Source: an uncultured Candidatus Rokubacteria bacterium (GTDB lineage Bacteria > Methylomirabilota > Methylomirabilia > Rokubacteriales > DASRDR01). From it: DNA of 64,000 nucleotides. Made by a program: the position numbers and the translations under genes. This document shows positions 28,704 to 36,623 of the stretch, in pieces. The stretch's first letter is position 1, and the number at the start of each line of letters is the position of its first letter. The notes beneath the pieces are model-generated. The model was not told the origin of the DNA and made no database searches. It was given only the letters and a program-made list of their open reading frames with translations. Where the stretch lies: NCBI GenBank assembly GCA_963765195.1, contig CAVXVV010000039.1, forward strand, positions 222,822 to 286,821, read 5' to 3'.

Positions 28704-29729
28704 TCAGCGGAAGGCCGGGACGACCTCGCGGGCCAGGAGCTCCAGCTCCCGCAGGATGTGCCGATGAGGCATGCCGGGGAAGTACAGGCGGAAGATGACG
28801 TGGGTCGCGCCGAACTCCTCGACGAAGCGGCGGACCTGCGCGCGGCACCGCTCGGGCCCGCCGATCACGAAGCGGTCACGGCCGAGCGCGTCGAGCTGGT
28901 CCACCGGCGTGGCGTCCTCGGCGCCGATGAGCGGGTGCTTCCAGCGGCCGCCGCCGTACTCGTCGCGATAGTTCACCAGCAGGTGGCGCTCGGCGAGCTC
29001 GAGCGCCTCGGCGTCGGTGTCGGCGATCACCGTGTCCCGGGTGAGCGGCCACTCCGCGGGATCGGGGCGCCCGGCGGCCCGGAGCTCGGCCTGGTAGCGC
29101 GCCTTCCCGTCGAGGAGCTTCTGCAGGTGCGCCGTCGGACCGGGCACCCACGCGTCGGCGAGCCGCGCCGCCCGCCGGATCATGAGCTCGCCCCACCCAC
29201 CGATCCAGATCGGCGGGTGCGGCCGCTGGATGGGCTTCGGCTCGAGGCGCGCGTTCTGGAGCGGATAGCACGGGCCCGGGTGCGTGACCGTCTCTTGCGT
29301 CCAGAGCGCCCGGATCAGGGCGAGCGCCTCCTCGAAGCGCGCCCCGCGCTTCTCGAGCGGCGTGCGGTAGAGGGCGAACTCGTCCGGCCGGTACCCGATC
29401 GCGGCCCCGAACACGAGCCGCCCGCCCGAGAGCACGTCCACCATCGCCGCGTCCTCGGCCGCCCGCACCGGATCGTAGAACGGCAGCACCACCACGTCGG
29501 TGCCGAGGAGGAGGCGCGACGTCCGCGCGGAGAATCCCGCCAGCACCACGAGCGGCGACGGCCAGTAATGGCCGCGTACCCCGTGGTGCTCCTCCATCCA
29601 GACGGAGTCGAGCCCGAGCGCCTCCGCCCGGTCCACCTCGGCCAGCGCCTCGCGCGCCAGGTGACCGCCCTCGGTAGGGATGAACCCGAACTTCATCGTC
29701 CCCGGCGACGCGCTTGGACTTCCGGACAT
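28704..29729 (-). CDS. LLM-class flavin-dependent oxidoreductase
   Basis: MKFGFIP..., LGLDSVWMEEHH, GGRLVFGAAIGY. Its start abuts the stop of the upstream amidohydrolase gene. Confidence 0.85.
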   Translation of the reverse strand: MSGSPSASPGTMKFGFIPTEGGHLAREALAEVDRAEALGLDSVWMEEHHGVRGHYWPSPLVVLAGFSARTSRLLLGTDVVVLPFYDPVRAAEDAAMVDVLSGGRLVFGAAIGYRPDEFALYRTPLEKRGARFEEALALIRALWTQETVTHPGPCYPLQNARLEPKPIQRPHPPIWIGGWGELMIRRAARLADAWVPGPTAHLQKLLDGKARYQAELRAAGRPDPAEWPLTRDTVIADTDAEALELAERHLLVNYRDEYGGGRWKHPLIGAEDATPVDQLDALGRDRFVIGGPERCRAQVRRFVEEFGATHVIFRLYFPGMPHRHILRELELLAREVVPAFR

Positions 29730-29730
29730 G

Positions 29731-31095
29731 TCACGCCTCCCCCGATCGATCTGGAGATCCGGAAATCACCGCCTCGCCCCACCCGCGCGTGAGGTCGCGC
29801 ACGTCGCGGAGAAGCTCCGTCTCGTCGACCGTCGTGATCCGGCCGCCTTCCACGACACGGCGCCCGTGCACCCACACGTCGGTGATGGCCTGGGGCGACA
29901 GCGCGTAGACCACGTTCTTCATGAGCGCGTTCGGCGGATGGAGCGACGGATGGCCGAGGTCGAGCGCGACGAGATCCCCGAGCCGGCCCGGTGCGATCTC
30001 GCCGATCGGAAGGTCCAGCACCTCGCCGCCTCCCGCAGTGCCCAGACGAAACGCCTCCTCCGCCGTGAAGGCGGTCCCGTCGAGATGCGTCACCTTCTGG
30101 AGGAGGGCCGCCATCCGCATCTCCTCGAAGATCGACAGGCGGTTGTTCGTGCAGCCGCCGTCGGTCCCGAGCGCGACCGGCACCCCGAGCGCGCGCATCT
30201 CCCGGAGCTTGGTCACCCCGTCCCCCAGGATCATGTTCGAGGACGGGCAGTACGCCACTCGCGCCCCTCGCTCCGCGAGCAGCTCGACCTCGCCGCCGTC
30301 GAGCCAGACGCAATGGACGCCGACGAGCCGCGGGCCCAGCACCCCCAGCTGATCGAGGTACCGCACCGGGGTCACGCCGTGGCGGCCCTCCACCTGCTCC
30401 CGCTCGGCCCGGTACTCCGCGACGTGGATGTGGAACGGCACTCCGGCCTCGGCCGCGAGCGCCGCTGCGGCGCGAATCATCTCCGGCGACGCGGCGTGGA
30501 GGCTGTGCGGCGCCGGCTGGACGGTCACGGTCGGATCGCCCGCGTACCGCGCCATCAGCTCCCGGCAGCGGCGCGTCGCCTCGTCGACGGTCTCGCGATA
30601 CTCCGGCGGCGCGCCGGACCAGTCGTAGAAGGCGCGGGCCAACACGAGCCGGATCCCCACCTGCTTCGCCGCCCGGATGGCCGCCTCCGCGTTCCCGTTG
30701 CCGCCGCTCTGGACGTAGAAGAAGTCGACGACCGTCGTGATGCCGTGGCGCAGCATCTCGGCAAACGCGAAGGCCGCGCCGATCTCGATGCCCCGGGCGC
30801 CGAGCCGCCGCGAGAAGGGATAGAGGACACGGTCGCGCCAGCCCATGAAGTCGAGGTCGTCCCCGAGCCCGCGAAGCAGGGACTGGAAGGAATGGTTGTG
30901 GGCGTTCACACCCCCGGGAAGAACGAGACGGCCGGGGAGCCGGACGACCTCCTCGGCGACGCCGGGTGGGCCGCCCGTGGACGGCGGGAGCGTCGCCCGC
31001 GGTCCCGCGGCGGTGATGCGGCCGCCCTCGAGGCGGATGGCCCAGCCGTCCTGGACGGCGCCCGCCGCGAAGCACCGCTCGGGCAGGAGGAGCAC
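29731..31095 (-). CDS. Amidohydrolase-superfamily protein (chlorohydrolase/aminohydrolase-type deaminase)
   Basis: Metal-binding GVNAHNH, a later HIHVAE, and C-terminal GTDGG...N. 454 aa. Confidence 0.85.
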   Translation of the reverse strand: MLLLPERCFAAGAVQDGWAIRLEGGRITAAGPRATLPPSTGGPPGVAEEVVRLPGRLVLPGGVNAHNHSFQSLLRGLGDDLDFMGWRDRVLYPFSRRLGARGIEIGAAFAFAEMLRHGITTVVDFFYVQSGGNGNAEAAIRAAKQVGIRLVLARAFYDWSGAPPEYRETVDEATRRCRELMARYAGDPTVTVQPAPHSLHAASPEMIRAAAALAAEAGVPFHIHVAEYRAEREQVEGRHGVTPVRYLDQLGVLGPRLVGVHCVWLDGGEVELLAERGARVAYCPSSNMILGDGVTKLREMRALGVPVALGTDGGCTNNRLSIFEEMRMAALLQKVTHLDGTAFTAEEAFRLGTAGGGEVLDLPIGEIAPGRLGDLVALDLGHPSLHPPNALMKNVVYALSPQAITDVWVHGRRVVEGGRITTVDETELLRDVRDLTRGWGEAVISGSPDRSGEA

Positions 31096-31226
31096 GAGTC
31101 AGCCGCGCCGCGCCCGACCCTCGCGGGTCAGCGCCTGGATGTCCGGCATCGCGAAGACCGACCCGGAGCGTCACGGAAGGGACCCGCGCCCGCGCGGTCA
31201 GGCGCCGGTCGAGCGGCCGGTGGGAT

Positions 31227-31547
31227 TCAGCGGCGCCGGCGCGACCCGCCCCGGCGAGGGGGGCCGGCCAGACGGCTGATGAAGTCGTCCACCGGGATGG
31301 CCGGCATGGTCATCATCTGGACCGAGCCCCGGGCGCCCAGCTCGACCGAGACGCGCGAGACGGTCTCGTTGTCCGGCGCCTCCAGCACGGTGACGAAGTC
31401 GTAGGGACCGAGAACGGCGTACTGGGCGATCACCCGGACCCCCATTCGGCCCACCTCGGCGTTGACCTTGCGGATCGAGCCCGGCAGCTTGCGGAGCACC
31501 TGACGCCCCGTCTCGGAAAGCGAGGAAAGCATGATGTAGAGCGGCAT
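31227..31547 (-). CDS. GYD-domain protein
   Basis: MPLYIMLSSLSETG... with LGPYDFVTVLEAPD. GGAGGG lies upstream of the ATG at 31547. 106 aa. Confidence 0.75.
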   Translation of the reverse strand: MPLYIMLSSLSETGRQVLRKLPGSIRKVNAEVGRMGVRVIAQYAVLGPYDFVTVLEAPDNETVSRVSVELGARGSVQMMTMPAIPVDDFISRLAGPPRRGGSRRRR

Positions 31548-31592
31548 GGAACCCTCCGGGGCCGCGGCCCCGACTCGTGGACTGGGCACCGG

Positions 31593-31618
31593 CAGTATAG
31601 CGCAACTCACGTATACTG
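31593..31618. promoter_or_regulatory. Candidate operator: perfect 7-bp inverted repeat CAGTATA-N12-TATACTG (flanked by direct GGCAGTAT repeats)
   Basis: Read directly at 31593-31599 and 31612-31618. GGCAGTAT occurs at 31591-31598 and again at 31619-31626. It lies in a locally AT-richer divergent region upstream of the GYD gene. Confidence 0.4.
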
Positions 31619-31624
31619 GGCAGT

Positions 31625-31921
31625 ATGCAGCTCAGGGGATGGGGGCCGACCCAGGCACCTCGCATCGTCATCATCCTCGTCGTCGTCCAGTATCTCGGAC
31701 TGGGTCAGATCCTCGCCTTCGCGCCTGCGGCCACCGCCGGGTTCACGGACACTGGTCGCTCGCAGGCCATGGCCGCGTTCGATGCCGCCGTCCCGCTCGT
31801 GATCGTCTTCGACGCGAGCTGGCGATCGAGCGCGGTCCTCGGGGAGCACGATTTCAGGACAACCCTGCCTGACACGGCCCCCCTCCCTCGCCGGCTGCCG
31901 CGGGCGCCGCCCGCAGCCTGA
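31625..31921 (+). CDS. Hypothetical small protein (98 aa, one hydrophobic helix) - weak call
   Basis: The ATG ORF has mostly G/C third positions. No SD and no family recognised. It may be non-coding. Confidence 0.3.
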   Translation: MQLRGWGPTQAPRIVIILVVVQYLGLGQILAFAPAATAGFTDTGRSQAMAAFDAAVPLVIVFDASWRSSAVLGEHDFRTTLPDTAPLPRRLPRAPPAA

Positions 31922-32037
31922 GCGCCGCCTCCGGCGGGCGCTCGGGCTCCACCAGACAGGGGCGTCGGTTCGCATGAGACGCCGCAGGCTCGCCGATGTA
32001 GGCGTGTCCTACGAGTCCAGGCAAGGGAGGGCGACAG

Positions 32038-32466
32038 ATGAAGGTGTACAGGGACACGATCGAGGTCCGGACCGAGGAAAATCAGCAGTTCCTGGACATT
32101 ACGAAGCAGGTGCGTGACACCGTGGGCCGGTCTGGTATCCAGAACGGGACCCTTCTGATCAACTCGCTCCACACGACCATCGCCATCTTCGTCAACGAGT
32201 TCCAGTCGGCTCTGCTCGACGACCTCGGCGCCATCCTCCAGCGGCTCATCCCCCGCCGGGACGGCTACCGTCACGACGATCCGCGGCACTCGGACTGCGA
32301 CCGCGCCAACGCCCACGCGCACCTCCGGGCGACACTCCTGGGACGCCCGATCGCGCTCGCGATGGCCGACGGTGAGGTCCTGCTCGGCCAGTATCAGAGT
32401 GTGATCCTCGCCGAGCTCGACGGTCCCCGCGACCGGAAGCTCCAGGTCCAGGTCGTCGGGGAGTAA
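32038..32466 (+). CDS. YjbQ/UPF0047-family protein (secondary thiamine-phosphate synthase-like)
   Basis: MKVYRDTIEVRTEE..FLDIT..V, SLHTTIAIFVNE and HLRATLLG. GGGAGGG lies upstream of the ATG. Confidence 0.85.
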   Translation: MKVYRDTIEVRTEENQQFLDITKQVRDTVGRSGIQNGTLLINSLHTTIAIFVNEFQSALLDDLGAILQRLIPRRDGYRHDDPRHSDCDRANAHAHLRATLLGRPIALAMADGEVLLGQYQSVILAELDGPRDRKLQVQVVGE

Positions 32467-32485
32467 CCGCCCGGACCGGGCGCCA

Positions 32486-32513
32486 ACCGACCGGGCCGGC
32501 CGGCCCGGTCGGT
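32486..32513 (+). terminator. 28-nt perfect palindrome (12-bp GC stem, GGCC centre), 20 nt after the yjbQ-like stop
   Basis: ACCGACCGGGCC-GGCC-GGCCCGGTCGGT, read directly. There is no U-tract. Confidence 0.5.
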
Positions 32514-32594
32514 GCGCGCGGGGCCCGCCCACTGCCCACGGGCCGACCGAAACGCCGCCTGTCCGCGGGATGGGTCGTCTCCGGCGCCGCATTT

Positions 32595-32624
32595 CTTGAC
32601 ACTTCCGAACCGCGAGACCCAAGA
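32595..32624 (+). promoter_or_regulatory. Candidate sigma70-type promoter (TTGACA-N18-CAAGAT) that would give a near-leaderless transcript of the pilin-like gene
   Basis: Perfect -35 at 32595-32600 and a weak -10 at 32619-32624. The ATG is at 32632 with no SD. Confidence 0.3.
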
Positions 32625-32631
32625 TGGCCGC

Positions 32632-33021
32632 ATGCGGACGGCGGGTCTCTCCACGCGTCGCGCGGAGCGCGGTCAGTCCGGCTTCGGGCTGGTGGAAATC
32701 CTCGTCGTCGTGGTGATCCTGGCCGTGGCCGGCGCGTTCCTCTATCAGTACTTCCTGTCGACGACCAAGACCGTGGAGACGATCCAGCAGCAGAAGCCGA
32801 TGTCCGCGGCGCGGCTCGCCGCCGACCGCGCCACCGTGGCCGCGATCCGGACCTCGCTCCAGCTCTACTTCGGCCAGCACGGTGGGTACCCGCCGAGCAA
32901 GGAGGTGGTGGGGACACTGCTGAACCCGCCCCCGGCCTTCCAGTGTGAGGGGAACGACTACCGCTACGACCCGGCAACCGGTGGGGTCACGCTCGTCATC
33001 GACGACGTCAACCGCTGCTAG
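32632..33021 (+). CDS. Prepilin-type N-terminal cleavage/methylation domain protein (type IV pilin / pseudopilin-like, orphan)
   Basis: MRTAGLSTRRAERGQSG-FGLVEILVVVVILAVAG matches the G|F-x-L-x-E class III signal. 129 aa. Two Cys lie near the C-terminus. Confidence 0.7.
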   Translation: MRTAGLSTRRAERGQSGFGLVEILVVVVILAVAGAFLYQYFLSTTKTVETIQQQKPMSAARLAADRATVAAIRTSLQLYFGQHGGYPPSKEVVGTLLNPPPAFQCEGNDYRYDPATGGVTLVIDDVNRC

Positions 33022-33033
33022 CGCCCCCCGCCC

Positions 33034-33053
33034 CGGGAGCCGAGCGGCTCCCG
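33034..33053. terminator. Hairpin CGGGAGCC-GAGC-GGCTCCCG between convergent genes (candidate bidirectional terminator)
   Basis: Perfect 8-bp stem read directly. It lies between the pilin-like gene (+) and the AOR gene (-). Confidence 0.45.
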
Positions 33054-33081
33054 CGATGGCGTCTCGACAGCAGTCTGACGG

Positions 33082-34929
33082 CTATCCGGTAATCCCCGGC
33101 ACCGCGTCGAGGCCGAGACCGACGAGCCGCTCCCGAGTCGGCACTCCGTCGGCATTCCATCCGCGGAGCGCGTAGTAGGCGTCGAGCATCTCCCCGAGCT
33201 CCTCCGGCGGGCAGTGCATCCCCGCCGACGGCCCGTCGGGAATGGGCTCGTGCATCACCTTCCACGGCAGCACGTCGTCCTTTCGGCGGACCCCCTCCCG
33301 GACGCTGAACATCCGCTCGAGGTTGACGATGCGCTCGCCGATGCGCTCGAGCTCGCTCACGTCGACCGCCCAGCCGGTGACCGAGGAGAGCAGCCCTGCG
33401 TACGCGTCGTTCAGGAAGAGCCCGAATCCGCGCTCCGAGGTGAAGCGGCACATGACGAGGCTGTCGTCCACCGCGGTGAAGTGCTGGCTCTTGACCGCGA
33501 ACGCGGGCTTGTCCCCGGTGGACCGGCGGTCGAACCCCTGGGCGTACTGGGGCGTGGGTCGCGTGTCGTGATGGCTCCCGCCTCGTGTCGCCGTCGCGTA
33601 TCCGATGGACATGCCCTTGAGCGCGCGCGCCGAGTGGGCCGGCAGCTCGAGCCCCTTCACCGCGTAAGGCAGGCGCTCGGCGCCGCCTCCGATCTCCCGG
33701 GCCAGCCGCCAGGAGCCCTCGGCCAGCCGGTCGCCGAACCCTTCCCGGCGCGCGGTCTGCTCGAGCAGCCGGATCATCCCCTCGTGATCGGACCACCCGA
33801 ACGATCCGCCGACGTCCGCCGGCGTCAGGAGCCCTCGCTCGAGACAGTCCGCCACGAACGCGAGGGTCACGCCCATGGAGATCGAATCGAGGCCGAGGAG
33901 ATCGCACAGGATGTTCGCGTGGATGATGCTGGGGGCGTTCGAGTTGCCGAGCATCGACCCGAAGGCGAACAGGGTCTCGTACTCGGGCATCTTCCCGCGG
34001 ACGCCGCCGTACACCGGGACGTCGGCGGGGACGGCGAACTGCTTGCCGCACGCGACCGGGCACTTGAGGCAGGTCGTGTCCCGGTCGTGGTAGTGCTCCT
34101 TGAGCGACCGGCCGTCGATCGCCTCCCACGCGGCGTAGGTCTCCTGCCGGAGGTTGTAGGCGCCGAGCGCACCGATGGCGTTGATGGGCCCGGTGAGGAA
34201 GGGCGTGCCGTACGTCGTGAGATTCGCGGTGCCCTTCTTCATGGGCTCGCGCGTCTCGTCGACCAGCTGCTTGAGCCGCGCGGGATCGGCCACGGCGGTC
34301 TTCCGGCTGCCCCGGACCGTGACGGCCTTCAGGTTCTTCGCGCCCCACACCGCGCCGATGCCGCCCCGACCCGCGACGCCCTCGCGGTTCTTCCAGTAGT
34401 GGGCGAGGCACGCGAACCGCACGCGGTGCTCCCCGGCCGGGCCGATGGCCAGCACGTCGGTCTCGGCGCCGTCCGTGGCCTGGATCGCCTCCACCGTGTC
34501 CCGCGTCGTCTTTCCCCAGACGCCGCGCGCGTCGCGCAGCGTGGCGCCCTCCTCGTCCACGGCGAGGTAGACAGGGTGGTCGGCGCGCCCCGTCACCACC
34601 ACGGCGTCGAAGCCGGTGCGCTTCAGCATGGCCGGGAACCGCCCGCCGAACGTCGAGTCGAAGAAGAAACCCGTCTGGGGCGACTTGGTGGCCACGCACG
34701 CGCGGCTGTTGCCAGGCACGATCGTGTCGGTGATCGGCCCCACGGCGAGCGCCACGGGGTTGCCGGGGTCGAAGGCGTCGGTCCCCGGCACGGCGGCCTC
34801 CCACAGGAGGCGTGCGGCCAGCCCGTTGCCGCCGAGGAAGGCGCGCGCGGTGCCCTCGTCCAGGGGACGCACCTCACTCCGCCCGCTCGTGAGATCCACG
34901 TGGAGCGTCCGGCCGCCGTACCCAGTCAT
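33082..34929 (-). CDS. Aldehyde:ferredoxin oxidoreductase (AOR) family tungsto/molybdopterin enzyme
   Basis: 615 aa. The N-terminus GRTLHVDLTSG...LGGNGLAARLL is typical of the AFOR N-domain, and the body is AOR-like throughout. Confidence 0.9.
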   Translation of the reverse strand: MTGYGGRTLHVDLTSGRSEVRPLDEGTARAFLGGNGLAARLLWEAAVPGTDAFDPGNPVALAVGPITDTIVPGNSRACVATKSPQTGFFFDSTFGGRFPAMLKRTGFDAVVVTGRADHPVYLAVDEEGATLRDARGVWGKTTRDTVEAIQATDGAETDVLAIGPAGEHRVRFACLAHYWKNREGVAGRGGIGAVWGAKNLKAVTVRGSRKTAVADPARLKQLVDETREPMKKGTANLTTYGTPFLTGPINAIGALGAYNLRQETYAAWEAIDGRSLKEHYHDRDTTCLKCPVACGKQFAVPADVPVYGGVRGKMPEYETLFAFGSMLGNSNAPSIIHANILCDLLGLDSISMGVTLAFVADCLERGLLTPADVGGSFGWSDHEGMIRLLEQTARREGFGDRLAEGSWRLAREIGGGAERLPYAVKGLELPAHSARALKGMSIGYATATRGGSHHDTRPTPQYAQGFDRRSTGDKPAFAVKSQHFTAVDDSLVMCRFTSERGFGLFLNDAYAGLLSSVTGWAVDVSELERIGERIVNLERMFSVREGVRRKDDVLPWKVMHEPIPDGPSAGMHCPPEELGEMLDAYYALRGWNADGVPTRERLVGLGLDAVPGITG

Positions 34930-35052
34930 CCTCGCCTCCCGGCAGACAGACTACATCACGATCACCGAGCGGCGCCGACCTCCACCGCATCTCCGGCGGC
35001 GCCGGGACGCGGCAATCCCGCGGAGCTCCCACCGGCCCGGGGGTCGCCGGCC

Positions 35053-35082
35053 TTGACACTCCGGAAGCCGCCATGATGCAAT
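35053..35082 (+). promoter_or_regulatory. Candidate sigma70-type promoter TTGACA-N18-TGCAAT upstream of the ABC importer operon
   Basis: Perfect -35 at 35053-35058 and -10 TGCAAT at 35077-35082. The ATG at 35153 has an AGGAGGAG SD. Confidence 0.4.
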
Positions 35083-35152
35083 GCCGCCAATTCCGACGGC
35101 ACGGCTTCTCGCCACAACTCCGGAAACACAGCGCACACGAAGGAGGAGACCC

Positions 35153-36526
35153 ATGGCAGAACAGGTCACCCGGCGCGATCTCATGAAGCGGCTGGGCATG
35201 ACGATCGGGGCCGCGGCCGCCAGCGCCGGCTCGCTCGTGACGCCCAAGGCCGCGGAGGCGCAGCAGAAATTCACCCCGAAGGGCAACATCCCGAGCACTC
35301 CGTTCAAGACCGGGCACATGACGTTCTTCACGGGCCCGGCCGCGGTGCTCGGCGAGCAGTCCTACAAGGGGCACATCCTGGCCGCGGAGGAGATCAACGC
35401 CCAGGGCGGGCTCCTCGGCAAGCGTCAGATCGAGACCCTCAAGGCCGACGAGGCAGCGGGCACCGACGCCAACGTGAAGGAGCTCCGCCGGCTCAAGCTC
35501 TCGGAGAAGATCGACCTCTTCACCGGCATCATCTCGAGCGGCAACACGCCCGCCCTCGGGCCGGTCGCCGAGGAGGTGAAGTGCCTGACGATCTTCGTCG
35601 ACGGCTGCACGGACTTCCTCTTCGAGAAGGCCGTGCCCGACCCGCACTACATCTTCCGGCTGACCAACATCCAGTCGGCGGACGGCGCGATGGCCGCGAT
35701 CGCGGCCGCCCAGGCCTGGCCCGAGGTGCGGAAGATCGCCCACATCCATCCCGACTACTCGTACGGGCGCAACGCCTTCGACCACTTCAACGTGGTGATG
35801 AAGAAGCTCACGCCCGGCAAGCTCGAGGTGGTGTCCGAGGCCTGGCCGAAGCTCGGGACCACGGAGTTCACCGCCCACATCACGAAGACGATCTCGGCGA
35901 AGCCGGATCTCCTCTTCTGCTCGGTGTGGGGCGGCGACTACGTCGCCCTCTACAAGCAGGCGCTTCGCTACGACCTCTTCAAGAAGATGAAGGTGGCGAC
36001 CACGCTGGCCTTCGGCGTCGCCCCGCACGCGCTCGGCTCCGACCATCCGGAGGGGATCGTGGCGGGCGTCCACTCCAACTATCACTTCATGCACCCGCCG
36101 GGGAACCGCTGGCCGCTGAACGCGCAGTTCGTCAAGAAGTTCCACGATCGCTGGAAGGAGTATCCGAACTTCCAGGCCGAGGGCTCGTACACGACCCTCC
36201 ACATGCTGAAGCTCGCCATCGAGAAGGCGAACCGCCTCATGGGCGGGTGGCCGGACGAGGACGCGATCATCGCGATGCTCGAGGGACTGTCGTATGACAG
36301 CCCGGCCGGCTACGTCCACATCCGGGCCGACAATCACCAGGGCTACAAGGACGGGATCACCGGGTTCAGCGTGCAGACGAAGGACTATCCGTTCCCGGTG
36401 CTCGACCAGAAGCGCGTCATCACGGTGCCGATCCGCAGCATCACGGCGCCGCCCGGCTACCCGAAGGGTGAGCCGACGACGACCTACAAGTGGATCGAGG
36501 AGACCTGGCCGCAGGCCAGTGCGTAG
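35153..36526 (+). CDS. ABC transporter substrate-binding protein, LivJ/branched-chain-amino-acid type, with Tat signal
   Basis: Tat motif TRRDLMKRLG plus an AEA cleavage region. 457 aa with periplasmic-binding-protein type I layout. It is the first gene of the livHMGF-type operon. Confidence 0.85.
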   Translation: MAEQVTRRDLMKRLGMTIGAAAASAGSLVTPKAAEAQQKFTPKGNIPSTPFKTGHMTFFTGPAAVLGEQSYKGHILAAEEINAQGGLLGKRQIETLKADEAAGTDANVKELRRLKLSEKIDLFTGIISSGNTPALGPVAEEVKCLTIFVDGCTDFLFEKAVPDPHYIFRLTNIQSADGAMAAIAAAQAWPEVRKIAHIHPDYSYGRNAFDHFNVVMKKLTPGKLEVVSEAWPKLGTTEFTAHITKTISAKPDLLFCSVWGGDYVALYKQALRYDLFKKMKVATTLAFGVAPHALGSDHPEGIVAGVHSNYHFMHPPGNRWPLNAQFVKKFHDRWKEYPNFQAEGSYTTLHMLKLAIEKANRLMGGWPDEDAIIAMLEGLSYDSPAGYVHIRADNHQGYKDGITGFSVQTKDYPFPVLDQKRVITVPIRSITAPPGYPKGEPTTTYKWIEETWPQASA

Positions 36527-36623
36527 CCGGGACTCCGGGGCCCGGCAGGCGCCTGCCGGGCCCCACTTCCCTCCCAGGGGCCGTTCCGACCTGACCGCGA
36601 GCGAGGAGCCAGCTCACCCCGCC

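Noticed and set aside
31921-32037. Possible TPP riboswitch upstream of the YjbQ (thiamine-related) gene, suggested by UGAGA and GGGA elements.
   Set aside because: The UGAGA sits in the loop side of a simple GGCGUC/GACGCC hairpin. There is no P3 stem, no ACCUGAUC-like pyrimidine-sensor helix, and the region is too short (~80 nt).
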